A DNA stretch of 51,664 bases, the filler included, from Jimgerdemannia flammicorona (Eukaryota): NCBI GenBank assembly GCA_003990765.1. It is 2 parts of 2 records of this genome, joined end to end, with 100 filler letters (N's around TTAATTAATTAA, not from the genome) between each part and the next. Parts side by side here need not be neighbours in the genome. Positions count along the whole stretch, not along the records: positions 25,890 to 51,664 come from RBNJ01000797.1; 1 more part is not named here. One strand, 5' to 3'. Under the pieces are notes generated by a model. That model was not told where the DNA came from, did no database searches, and was given only the letters and a program-made list of their open reading frames with translations. Of this stretch, positions 34,261 through 46,718 are shown piece by piece. Each line of letters begins with the position of its first letter. Position 1 is the first letter of the stretch. The position numbers and the translations under genes were made by a program.

Positions 34261-34733
34261 GTTATCTATAATAGCTAAATATAGACTTTATAAACTTGTT
34301 CTTGATTCTATTTACTATACCTAAGTGTTGGGACGTCACCGCTGGAAATTTAAAGATGTTTCTTTTAATTGCATTGTGGCGCAGCAATCTTAAAATTGAA
34401 GAACAAATACATATGTCATGTGGCTGCTCATGGAGAACATGCCACATTGTTCGGTGTCCTGCTGCGGTGTACGGACGAGATTAATCAAAGTATATTCCGA
34501 CCATGTTGGACCATGATGTCGTTTGGACGACGATCGGTTTCAGTCTCCGGGCCGCAGTTAGGGGAGGTCGCGTGTTTTGGAGGTTACTCAGCCACAAGGC
34601 CGGATTCGCGCGGACCGATGGCATAGACAAAATGTGTCAAGCTCAAGTCACGTCACGCTGCCGTGTTTTTACACAGTCCAATCTTCCGCAGCAGAAAAAA
34701 CCATCTCTCCTTCGCTCCAGTCATAACACAAGG

Positions 34734-35219
34734 ATGCCTGTTATCCCTGCTGTCGAATTCACTCCCGTCAACGCCGACCCCCTTATAAACGCGAGGAAAC
34801 GCGGCAAACCCTTCATTTTAACCAGCGCTCTGGGCACTTTGAGCCTCGGAAAAAAGGAGTGGGTCCGTTACTACCAGCGGCTCCCCGTGGAATGGGAAGG
34901 CAGATTCCCCGTCAAACTTGTCACCTTTTCCGCCCAATGGTTGCCCAGCACATCCAGCGCTGCATCCTCGTCCTCATCGCGTCCAAACTTTACCGTCCAC
35001 GCTACCTACGGGTGCATCCAGCAACGGCGGCGGACGAACATTCGGCTGAACTGCTATTACAAACATGCGGGCACCGATACCTGGAAGACTTTGTCGAACG
35101 GGCCGGTTGAAATCCGCGATGGGACACAGTTCTCGCCGTCTCAGGATGGAGACCGGGCCATTATGGCCGTATTCAGAGATGTGGAAGGTGTGTGGCTAAA
35201 TTTCAACAGTATTATTTTG

Positions 35220-35271
<52 letters not shown>

Positions 35272-38200
35272 ACATTGGGCCCAACAATTTTTTTTTTTTT
35301 TGTGTGTGTGTATGTGTCCTACCGCAACGTACGGACGTATGATCAAAACACATTGCTCAAGATCATAATGCTGAGGTATACTCAAATATCTTTTTATTTT
35401 TACTTCACAGCCGATCATATAAAATCAATACCCAGAAGCTTAAAACGTCAAATTCCCGAATATGACGGCGAAGAGGACGATGATGAAGAGGATGAAGATG
35501 ACGAGAAGGACCAGAAAGACACAGAATATACTGAGACGAATGATGATGGTAGTTGGTATCCGTTACAAACGAGCAAGGCTAAGAAGGGTCAGCCTAAGGC
35601 TGTGGATATCAAAGGCAAGGGGAAGGGGAAAGCCAAGATGGAAGTGACATCAGAGATTGGTGGGTCGGCAGCAAAGCGGTGAGTATTCGAGATGGAATAT
35701 ATACGAGAAGTGAGGCGATTGCATTGTTGTTGCAGGAATCTTGTTGCGTTCGCAAGTCATTATATGGCTTCTGGGTACAATGTGTCGCATAATAACCGCC
35801 ACGTCGTCTTGGCCACCTTCCCACGTTCTCACTAGCCGCAAAATCAAAGACACATCAGACGAAGATTTTTCCGATGGCTCCGATGCCGACCTCTCCGACA
35901 CCGTTACGACCAATGATGACATTCCCGTTACTCTCCCCGCTTGCCCGCCGCCGACATGGCACTTCATAGCAACTAAGTCCCTCCACTACAGCTACGCTTA
36001 CGACTCCTCGTTGAAGAAAATACACGCCGAACCGGATACCAGCTCTAAATATCACTTCGCCATCTCCACTAAACCGGGATACTTGGTCCTAGTTCGAGAT
36101 TGCGACGAAAGCAATCCCGACGACATGAAGTACTGGAATACTTACGAGAAGAAGCAATCGTCGAGCTGGGTCTCGTATGACACGCAGCCAAAGAAAAAAG
36201 GGTTCGAAGCTGAGGCGACGAACGTTTTAGAGCCTGAGGAAAAGAAGACGATTGAAATGGCATATTGGACGTCGTCGTAAGTAGAGCGCTCGACAAATGA
36301 GCTTTCATGTAATTGTAATGGACGCATGGTTGAGTTTTCGTTAACAATGAGTATTATCAAGGCGCCACTTATAACGATTTTGGAAAATCCGGCATATTTA
36401 CTGTCTTTAGATACCCGCCGATCGTGAACGATATGGACAAATCGATGATTTATAAGGTACCAATCATCCTTTCCAACCGTTTGCATACCTAACATGCCAA
36501 CAACGATTATTGATCAACAGAAGTAGACGCGTTTCAATTTTACCAACGTTTCTCTCTTTTTTTTAAAAAAAAAAACAGAACCAAATTATCCTTGGCCCGA
36601 AAGACGTTACGGTAAATTGGTTCGTCGACACTGCCCGCCTCGACTATAATATTCGCTACGGCCTCCCGGTTCCATACCGTCGCCTCATCTTTGATGCGAT
36701 CAACGAGCCCTCCGAGACCCCACCTATCGAGGATTCCGCAGCATTTGACAACCCCCCCAAACAGACGGAAATTGTGCGCGCCTACGACACCGTTCTGCGC
36801 CCGTACTCCACTGAAGGGCCGCCACCCAAACAACCCAAGGGCCTGAGCACTAGTCTCAAGTCCTACCAGCTTCGCGCTGTAGGGTGGATGCTTGAGGTAG
36901 AGGACGGGGTGAGGAGGAGGAAGGGATGGTCGACGGAGAGTTTGGCGAGATTGGAGGGGAGCGAGTCGTGGTTTGATGTGGAGAAGAAAAGGTATGTGTG
37001 TGAAATTGGGATGATTACTGGCGATGACGCTGTATGCGTACGGGGTGTCGTTAATGATTGGCTGGTTTATCACTTGCTTACAATAGGTTTTATCTGAACA
37101 AGCGCCCGCCACACACGATGCGTAGTCATGGAGCCATCCTCGCCGATGAAATGGTAAACAAAATACCATCTATTACTTCACGCACACCATACACATACTC
37201 ACCAGACTTATTTATCGTCTCTCTCAGGGCCTCGGCAAGACAATGGAAATACTTGGCGTCATCTTGGGTAACCCTTCGCCACTCAAGTCCATCTTTAGAT
37301 CGAGAGGGCCCAACTGGTGGTGCAATGAAGACGACGAAGCGTGGCTGTTTCCATCATCCGCGACGTTGATCCTGGCTCCGTCGCATCTGATAATGTATGT
37401 TCATGAGACCGTTTTTGAGAGTCAAGGGTGTATGTGTTTTCGAGCTCAGCTGGTGTATAGGCATTCTCATAATTTGAGTACCATATTACTTGGTCCTAAT
37501 TCTTTTTAGACAATGGAAGGGCGAGATTGAAAAACACATATCGAAGAATATGAAGGTCATTGTGATTACGACCAAGCCCCAGTTTGCCAAGGTTTCGTAC
37601 AAAGCCTTGATGGTATGCGTTGGTTGTAAATTTGTTATATGTCACAAAATTTTTGTGTCTTACATCTAAATTAATAAATTGAGTTTGTTTGAAATCGGAA
37701 ACATTATATTTAATTCCTCCCTCTCCGATCGCAACATGGTAGACCGCCGACGTCGTCCTTATCTCGTTCCAATTTCTCAAGAACAAGGCTTGCCTCAAGG
37801 CCGTGGAGTCCTTCGAGGTCGGCCGTGACATCCTGAACGAAGCCGGTGTTCACGCAGCTTCTAGCGCAGCAGCCGCCGTTGGCACGGACGAAGACGGGAC
37901 GCCCGACAGGCGTGGCGAGTCGGCACGCATGAACGCCATTGTCACGAGCGCGATGGAGCTCAAGCGCCACAAGAACGCGCTCACGAGGACGTCGCCCGTG
38001 TTGGAGCACATACATTGGTGGCGTATCGTCGTTGATGAAGGTGGGTCACGGTGCTTTTGCTAATGGTTATGCAATTTCCTGGTACCTTGGTCTCACGATG
38101 TGGAAGCACATCTGGGTCGAATATTCTATAAAAATATAGCGTTAATATGATGCGATTATATCGACTCACCCTATTCGCCTTCGTTCAGGGCATGAGATTC

Positions 38201-41060
38201 TTAACGATCACGAAAGTGTGAAGGTGAGTGGGAGTACGCATTTTGTCTATTTATAATACACTATTAGATTTTTTCACTCGCCATTTTTTTTTTTTCTTTT
38301 TTTTTTGCCACGTAACCCCAATGAAGGGGGTTGATTACTTGAATGTTCTCGAATGTAATACATTTTTACACCTACAGTCCTCCTGGCGACCCAGCAAGGT
38401 TAAGAGAAATCCTATGCTCGACCTTGTGTTGGGATTCCGATCCATTTTTCGGTGGTATGTGACCGGAAGGTATGCATAATTAAACCAGAGTGTATCTGTC
38501 TATCAAGTTAATGCTCACAATAAGGTTTGCGGTGTATTTACGATTTCCTCATAATTTCGCGCACTAGCCCGTTCCCCCACGGCGTCAGCTCCCTGGTTGG
38601 CGCGCTCAAATTTCTCGGCTGGTCATTCACGGAAGGAAGATCACGTCGCTGGGCCAGCAGCGGATTCGACTACAATGAGGTAGTAGGAATTGACCACGGA
38701 AGGGGCGAGGATGGCGACAGGCCCTTGCGGAGAGAAGACGGCGAGAATTTCGAGGCGGGTGATAATGGAGAAGAGGGCGAAGGCGAGAATCGGGAGGATG
38801 GCAGCGGCGACACGCACGGCCCTACCGTCCTGTCCAAGCCGCGGGCGGGAGCTTTCCTTAAGGGGCAGTTGCATAAGATGATTCGGGAGCATTTGTATTG
38901 TAGGAGAACTAATGTGTCAGTTAAGGTGCGTATTTGATTTTATTTATTTAATTTTATTTTTATTTTTTGTGTCCCAAGCGGGTCCGGAAAAATTACTGAC
39001 ATTTGATTTCTTTGTTGCCGACTTTTAGGACGAATCCAACATTCCACCGCTTGTTGAAGAAGGCATGCTTAATTCAATACAAAGCTCTTACGTTCGTCGC
39101 TATCTCTATCTCAATCTTTGATGCGTTTCAAAGTTATCTCATATTTCCGTTCTCATTATTTTTCTTTCAGTTCTATTGCTTGAAATGGCTGCCGGTAAGT
39201 TCACTTCATAACAATTATGTTTTATGTGCAGCATTTTCATTCAATCTCATCGCACGGTTAGCGCTTTTGACCCACCTCATTCTCCATTTTCCAGTCGAGC
39301 GTGGCATTTATGCCGCCGCCGTTGCTCGTAGTTCCTGGAACACCGATAGCGTACGGTTGCGTCAGCTTTGCTGTCATTTGCAGATTTCGGAACAAGACCG
39401 CACCGTGATCGGGGAAACACGCAGAACTCTGAAGGAGATCCGCGAAATCATGGTAGAACATGTACGCGACTCCATTGAGCGCCAAACAAAGCTATTGGAC
39501 CGGTATCGCGTTTCATTGCAGGAAAAGAATGCGGACCTTGCGGAGGCCAGGGCTCTGAGCAAGCCAGGCGCTCATACTACCCAGATTAGTTCGCTTGAGA
39601 ACCAGATAAAATATATTAAAAACTCCATGGGAAGTACAGAGAGAGAAATCGTGCAGCTCGAGTCCGAGAGGTGAGCGATGACATCTCTTATAGGGATTGC
39701 GTCTTCCTTAGAAATATCAGGGGCTTGAACTAATTTTTTTTCAAACGCCTACATCATATACAGGACATATTTCGAGTCGATCATTGACACTATCAGCCAC
39801 AGCACCGACGAAAATTGTGCGATCTGCATGGATGTCATCAAGTTAGTACACACGGTTTTATCCTTCTGATTTGCAAAGTAAAAATAAACCGTCTGTTCAG
39901 GCTATTTACGTTGTAATAATACATTTGTGAATATCGTTTTACTGTTTTCGACTTAACCATCGCAACTCATGGGGCTCCCTTCAGAAACATGACTATCACC
40001 ACGTGCGCGCATCTCTTCTGTATGGAATGTATCCGGCCCTGGGTCGAGAAGCAGCAGCGATGCCCGGCCTGTCGCAAGTCGCTCACGCTTCGTGGTCTCA
40101 CTGAAGTGGCGGCCGAGGAGGTGCGACAGGAGATTGATGAAAATCATCGGCGCTTGGTCCTCCAGGACAAATATGGGACAAAAATGGCACGGTTGATTAC
40201 TTATATCGAAGGTACGTAGAGGGAGAGGTATAGACAAGAGAGATTTGTATATGTTGACTAAAGCAATAATATATTAATTCGCAGTGTTGTTGTGGTATAT
40301 CGGACAATCTAATAGAGCAATTGGAAGTGGATGCGAACGCTCGCTTCATTGTCTTCTCGCAGTGGGATACATTGCTCCACAAGATCGGTGATACACTTTC
40401 AGAAAACGGAATCAAAAACTGCTACGTTCGGGGTAATTACGATATTTTATTTTCTTGATATATTGATACTGAATTTTCCTCATTAATCAAATTGAATTAT
40501 TTCAGGCAACGTTCACATGCGCACCAACGCAATCCAAAATTTCAAGAAGGACGAAAACATCCGCGTCATCATGCTTAGTTTGGACAACGCCGCAAGCGGG
40601 ACGAATTTGATCGAGGCCACACACATCCTTCTTCTGGACCCTGTGGCGGGTACTGCTGAACAGGCTCGGGCCGTGGAGGGTCAGGTATGCGCACGAAATG
40701 TTGTGATGTTTGGGAATTTTATGTTTTCGCGGATCTGGTACGTCTTGTATTGACACACTGTTTTTGGTTGTTTCGTGATGTTTACAGGCTATTGGTAGGG
40801 CGCATCGTCTTGGTCAAGATAAACAAATTACCGTTGTGCGGTTCATGTATGTTTTCCATTTGATCTATGGCTTGTATTGTTTTTTGACAATGAAGAGCTC
40901 TAACACCGCCATGAAATTTTGTTCATGCAGCGTGCGTGATACAGTAGAGTATGACCTCTACTTGCGCAATATCGCTGCAGCCGCGGCGTCGAGGAAAAGC
41001 AATGAGGTGGCTGCAGCGGAAGCCAGCGAGGAAGTTGTTGCGGGAGGATCGTCGGCGTGA
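34734..41060 (+). CDS. SNF2-family helicase/ATPase with inserted RING finger (Rad5/Rad16/SHPRH-like), about 20 exons
   Basis: Spliced motifs LKSYQLRAVGWM, GAILADEM|GLGKT, ATLILAP, WWRIVVDEG|H, RWYVTG|SP, LRQLCCH, RING CAIC...CAHLFCMEC...CPAC, YGTKM, FIVFSQW, ASGTNLIEATH, Q|AIGRAHRLGQ. Predicted exons: 34734-35187, 35411-35678, 35836-36276, 36579-36991, 37087-37153, 37228-37394, 37510-37612, 37743-38040, 38189-38223, 38378-38469, 38568-38925, 39029-39062, 39171-39194, 39295-39670, 39764-39841, 39985-40211, 40316-40432, 40506-40684, 40788-40846, 40931-41060. Confidence 0.9.
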
Positions 41061-41311
41061 TTTTGCGATAGCCTCTTGCTGTTGTCTGTGTGGTTGGGTG
41101 CTACTGCCTAATCAGTTCATGAAGGAAGTGTAGGAGGATGGGTTGGTCGAACAATAATCATAGTTCTTAGCATTGTCTTGTTTGTAGTACACAACAATGT
41201 TTATTGCATAGTTTCCATTCACATATATAAAATCATAGGTTGTGACTGCTGAACGTGAAATGCCGAACCTTGGCTGCTGCTCCTCCCCTCCTCTCTCACG
41301 AACCCCCCCCA

Positions 41312-42824
41312 ATGGTTGCCACCCTCGAAGACCCCGAATTCTACCAGGCCGACATCGACGAGGTCTCTCGCCTCAAGTCCCTTACCACGCGGGATTCCGT
41401 CCTTCTCATCCTCGACGACCAGCTCGCCAAGCTAAACACCACTCTCGCCAAGGCCACCCAGCAGCGCGAGGAACGTCTGCGCCGCGAGGAAGAGGAGCGC
41501 AGGCTCGAGGAGAGGAGAAAGCAGCGTGCAGAGGAGCTCAAGGCCATGGGCGTGAAGATGCCGGAGCCGATCGAGAGGTCTCAGGTACTTGGGTGATACA
41601 TATTCGGTCCTGAAGGACGGTGCTCAGGTTTTACTTTCAACCTGCTGAAAACAAATTGTTCGTTATATTATTGAAGGCGACTATCCAAACCATTTTTATT
41701 ACGACCAATTACGGGTGGCGGGAATCCGAAGCCTCTGTCTTGTGAGTAACGAGTGTATTTGTCTTTGAGTTTGTAATATTCACCTGTGCGACGGGAACTC
41801 GAAAACGAGTTTGATGCTAATAGTATTTTCGCACTATTTTGCAGCATTTACTTGAATATTCCCGGGGCTGAGGACATTGAAAAGGAGCAGTACGAGTTCA
41901 ACGTGCAGGCAAAGAGCGTCAACTTTGACATTGTATGTGACAATCGACAAATCGTCATACCATTATTATTTCTGTGTGCATTTTTTTATTTTATTTTATT
42001 TATCGGAGGATAGGGACAACAATTGCCTAGATACTGATTTTCTATCGGCTTACATGTTTTATTCCAAAATAATAGAAAAATCACAAGGGGGCCAACTACA
42101 ACTTCAAGCTGTCGAGCCTTAACGGCGAGGTGATCCCTGAGAAATCGCGCGTCAAGGTACGTCATCATCACCCTTTGTATAGCGAAAGCGCGCTACCTTC
42201 GTGGTATACAATATCGTTGTCGTTAACCCAGTGATTTTCCGCGACCGCCTTTCGTGATCATGATTGTAGCTTAAGAAGGACCAGGTCGCGCTGATCTTCA
42301 AGAAGAAGGAGGAGGGTAAGGAGTGGAAGGAACTACGGTACAAGTCCACGCGTGACTTGTACAACGACCTTCTGCGTGCCGAGGAGAAGGGTGAGTAGAA
42401 AACCTTACTTGTATCGATCATTTTGGACCCCGTCGATCTTCAACTTTATGCATGTCCGTCACACCACCGTCCGAATCCTGACTCCTGACCCCTCCTCAAT
42501 TCGTAACCAATCACACCAGGGGAGCCCGACAAACCCTCCGCGGCGACGACCTCTGGGCTGGCGGGTCAGCAGGACGAGATGCGGGAGATGATGCGCAAGA
42601 TGTACGAGAGCAGCGACCCGGAGACGAAGCGCATGATGGCACAGATGCAGGAAGCGCAGAAAGCCGGCGGCGGCTTGGGTGGCATGGGAGGCATGGCCGG
42701 CATGATGGGTGGTATGGGCGGCATGTTTGACCCCTTTGGCATGATGGGTGGGCACGGCGGGCACGATGGGCACGATCATGATCACGGGCATGGCGGACAT
42801 GGCGGACACGGACATAGCCATTGA
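41312..42824 (+). CDS. CACYBP: Calcyclin-binding protein/Siah-interacting protein-like cochaperone (N-terminal helical, CS and SGS domains) with a Gly-Met and His-rich tail, 6 exons
   Basis: Exons 41312-41584, 41677-41741, 41845-41932, 42076-42156, 42270-42390, 42520-42824. DIDEVSRLKSLTTRDSV N-terminus, CS domain ITTNYGW...IYLNIPG...KSRVKLKKDQVALIFKKKE..EW, SGS-like MMRKMYESSDPETKRMMA. Confidence 0.8.
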
Positions 42825-43309
42825 GGGGTTAATTGGTTGTGTGGATGTCGGGAATTGGGGAAGTTTTCAGTTATATAGGAATGATAAATGTTTTACATTG
42901 AGGGTTCTCGGATCTGGGTGGCGAAGCTGCTAGCTGTCACAGAATCTTCGTGTCAATGTCGACGAACATTTATTGAGATATATATTAGAAACTTTACACG
43001 AACGATCAATCTGTTGTAAATGCTGTATTTTGGCTGGTTTGTCATTATGATTTACTTCGATGCCTACATTTAAACCTATACATTTCTAATCAAAGCTCAT
43101 ATTTCTACAAATCTTAATTGAAATGTACAAGTTCTGCTTAAAATCTTAGAATCTCAAGAGATATGTTCTATAGCTGATATAAACTGATTCTTTTTGATAG
43201 TTAAGTAAGGTTAGCTGAGCTGGTAGATTTTGATCTTTTATATGAATTATTATTATTAAATATAATCTTTACTCATAATAAGTTAGTATAGTAAGATATT
43301 TATATATAT

Positions 43310-43540
43310 ATTATTATTATTATTATTATTATTATTTTATAGTTACTTAGACTTCTACATTTATTACCAAACCCCTTTATATTATAATAATATATAATAG
43401 CTCCCTTACCCAATCCCATGGAGGGGCCTACTCTTCTCTCTAATCTGCTGAAAGACAACCATCTCCTTAGATATCCCCACTCTCTCTCTACTCTTTATAT
43501 AAATTTTTTCTACAAGTTTTTAATAAAGACCTCTCTTAGG
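43310..43540 (-). mobile_element. LINE 3' fragment with (TAA)n tail
   Basis: The minus strand reads GGTAATAAA-tgtaga-AGTCtaagtAACT-ATA-aaa(TAA)n. Confidence 0.65.
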
Positions 43541-43870
43541 TAGTGCATCGCAACCTGAGCTGACCCGTGTACATATTTAACCTGACCCGGAATTATATAT
43601 CACCTGTCTTTAACCCAACCCGGAATAATATGTCACCTGTCTTTAACCTGACCCAGAATAATACATCACCTGTCTTTAACCTGACCCAGAATTATATGTC
43701 ACTCATCTTTAACCTGACCTGGAAATGTATGTCACCCATCTTTAATCTGACCTGGAATTATACATAACCCATCTTAACCCAACTCGAGAAATATACATGA
43801 CCCAACCCGAGAAATATACATGACCCAACCCTGACCCATATTTAACCCAATACAGACCCATCTTTAATCC
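43541..43870 (+). repeat. Putative hAT-like transposon end with about 30-bp subterminal tandem repeats
   Basis: Starts TAGTGCATCGC. About 7 units of TTTAACCTGACCCGGAATTATATRTCACCYRTC plus further AACCCGA/TGACCC motifs. No matching second end was found. Confidence 0.55.
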
Positions 43871-44032
43871 ACCTTTAAGCTACAAGGCACCAAAAAAAAT
43901 ATATTGTACATCTAAGATATATATTTAGAATAAACAAACAGAAACATAATTAGGAATCAGAAATCAAAATGAAATCGAAAATAAATAGGAAGTAAATCAG
44001 GAAAATAAAGAACTTACTGGTGTAAACAGATC

Positions 44033-45046
44033 TTACTCTTCATCGCTATAAACCAACTAATCCTCCTCTTCATCGCTATAAACCAACTGATCCTCCTTCT
44101 TCTCAAATTTCGAACCATCTTCCTCTATATATTCTGAACCACTTTCCTCTATATCCTCCTCCTCCATATCCTCCTCTGGGCTGACCTCCTTTGTGCCAAC
44201 CTCCATTTTGTCCTCCGTGCCAACCTCCCTGTGTTCCTCTACGCCAACCTCCCTGTGTTCCTCCACACCAACCTCCCCATGTTCCTCCACACTGACCTCC
44301 CCATGTTCCTCTATGCCGACCTCCCCTGCACTGACCTCTCTATATTTCTCCATGCCAACCTCCCCTGTGCCAACCTCCTCATATTTCTCCATGCCGACCT
44401 CCTTCGCGCCGATCTCCCCTGTGCTGACCTCTCCTGCACCAACCTCCCTCACACCGACCTCTCCCATGCCAACCTCCCTTGCGCCGATCACCCCCGCGCT
44501 GACCTCTCCACTGACCTCTCCACCAGCGCTGACTCCTCCACCGGCACTGACCTCTCCCATCTCTCCATCTCCTCCACCACCACCCCCCTCAACAAAATGC
44601 ACAAGTCTGCCATCCATCAGTCACATATAAAGTGTTTTGTCATTCTTTACCAGTACTCATTCAAATATGGCCAGCAGTTTTTCGTGTTCATCCATGATGA
44701 CAATTCCATCTGGACAACCTTGCTTGTTCTATGCTTTGGCATTCACCTTGAAGCTGGTGTGGTATGACGAATGTTCCACGATTTTCGCATGGTTTTTTAT
44801 TGCTCTTATGACTTCTTGCCTCAGTTGGTCATCATGTACTTTCTTAATGTATTTGTTGGCTGCAGTGAAAGTATGCCTAATATCTGATTTGTAAGGCCTT
44901 TTCTCTGTGAGGTTTGGGGCATCCGGGAAATTGATTTGGCAATGCTTCCAGGTGGTGTTTGGGCAAACTTGATGGCAAAAATGGCAATTATAGCAAGACT
45001 TGCACTCCGGCCCAGGCTTAGAAGCTGGAGGATATGTATATTTCAA
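44033..45046 (-). pseudogene. Cys-rich (CxxCxxCxxCxxxC) plus acidic repeat protein, pseudogenised exon
   Basis: ORFs 44729-45046 and 44057-44617 share a frame and are joined through TAG/TGA stops. GEVG/EEH repeats. A plausible splice acceptor near 45025 and donor near 44036. Confidence 0.55.
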
Positions 45047-45106
45047 ATGTTATTAGGAAAAAAATTCGAACATTGATTTAAAAAGAAAAAAAAAAAAAAA
45101 ACTAAT

Positions 45107-46672
45107 GTTTTTGAACTGTGTTATTGAGATCTAATGATCTCTCAAGAGGTAATGGGTACTTTGTGATCAGATATCCTGAAGAGTAGATAATGCTATTGGC
45201 AGATAGTGATCTCAGTTTTTATAATTATTGCAGATCTTAGTGATAACATTCTTGAGGGTCTTGTTGATCCTTTCTGCTTATTCATTTTCTTGAAAGTAAT
45301 AGGTTGTAATTCAAATGTGCTAGATCTTATAATTTTTGTAGAGAACCTCAAAGAACTAGTTTATGAATTCTGTTCCTCTGTCTGTAGTTATGCTAGAGTC
45401 TTGAATCAGCAGATGATTTCTTTATAAAAGAAATCAATTAACTGTGTATTGACTTCTTTGAGGGGTTCTGTCTCTATCTATTTTGTGAAAAGGTCTATAA
45501 TGATAATGATGTATCAGTTACTAGTCAAAGTCAAGAGTAGAGGGTCAATTACATCTATTACAATATATGTAAAGGGTACTGGTTCTAAGTATATTAATTT
45601 CAGAGTTTGATTTTATTGGTCTTATTTCTATTTCTAGTATTTATCACAGATCTTGATAAATCATCTGATATCTTCCTCTATTCCTAACTACTACATTATT
45701 CTTCTTACTTTATTATATATATTTATTCCTTCTAGATGGCCAAGTTTATATATTGATTTCATTACTTACTCCTTCTTGTATTCAGGTATAACTAATAGCT
45801 TTTCTTTCTTTAGTATTTCTCTATCAGTCTTGAATTATTTCTATATTCTATTGATAATCATTTGTATCTATTCTTCCAGATATTGGAGCATCTTTCACTA
45901 TCCCAGATAGGTGATAATTCCATAGTAAAGTTTCTTATTCATGGTTGATTTACTGGTTGGAAGTCCTTCAGGGTATCTGTGAGAGGGCATCTGTATTAGT
46001 ATTAGTTCTTTTAGGGTAATGCATAATAGTTATATCATAAGCTTGCATTTAGCATAAATTCCTTTGGGTTATCCAGTGGTTAGTAGCCAGATAAGGACTA
46101 AGTAGTCTGTCTGAATAGTGAAGTGTCTCTCTATAAGATAGTAGTAGAACTTCTCTATAGCTTAGATACATAACTGTGAGATATTTCAACTTATAGGATT
46201 TATACTCTTTTAGCTTCTTAGATTCCTTGGCTAAGATATATAATAACATATTCTACTTTGTCTTTCTTCTGAACCAGAACTGCTCCTGGTCCTTGTGTAC
46301 TTACATCTATCTGTAGGATAAATTCTTGAGTCCAATTGGGTCTTCTAAAAATAAGTACTTGAGTCAACCTAATCTTGAGTTCATTAAATACTTTTATTAC
46401 CTACTAGTTTATTGAAACTTGATATTCTTCTTGTTGAGTTTATAGATTAGGCCTATAATATTAAAGAATCCTCTAATAAATCTACAGTAGTATAAGATAA
46501 GTCTCATGAAGACTTGAGCTTTAGTAATAGTAGTGAGCCTTAAGTATACTACTACTACTTGAATCTGTATATATTCTATCTTAGTTGATAATATGACTAA
46601 GATAGAAGATCTTGATTTCTACAAACTTACACTTCTTAGGCTTGATATATAGACCATACTTCCTTAGCTTTC

Positions 46673-46718
<46 letters not shown>

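Noticed and set aside
34503..34733. Upstream ATG extending the helicase N-terminus
   Set aside because: The region looks like promoter/5' UTR, and the ATG at 34734 follows a pyrimidine tract and an A-rich leader. Not excluded without transcript data.
43575..43790. 30-bp periodic repeats as a CRISPR array
   Set aside because: The units are head-to-tail with no unique spacers, there are no cas genes, and the context is eukaryotic.
44193..44767. Mucin-like Ser/Thr/Pro and HADL-repeat ORFs on the plus strand
   Set aside because: They are alternative-frame readings of the minus-strand acidic repeat. The minus frame is continuous with the Cys-rich domain.
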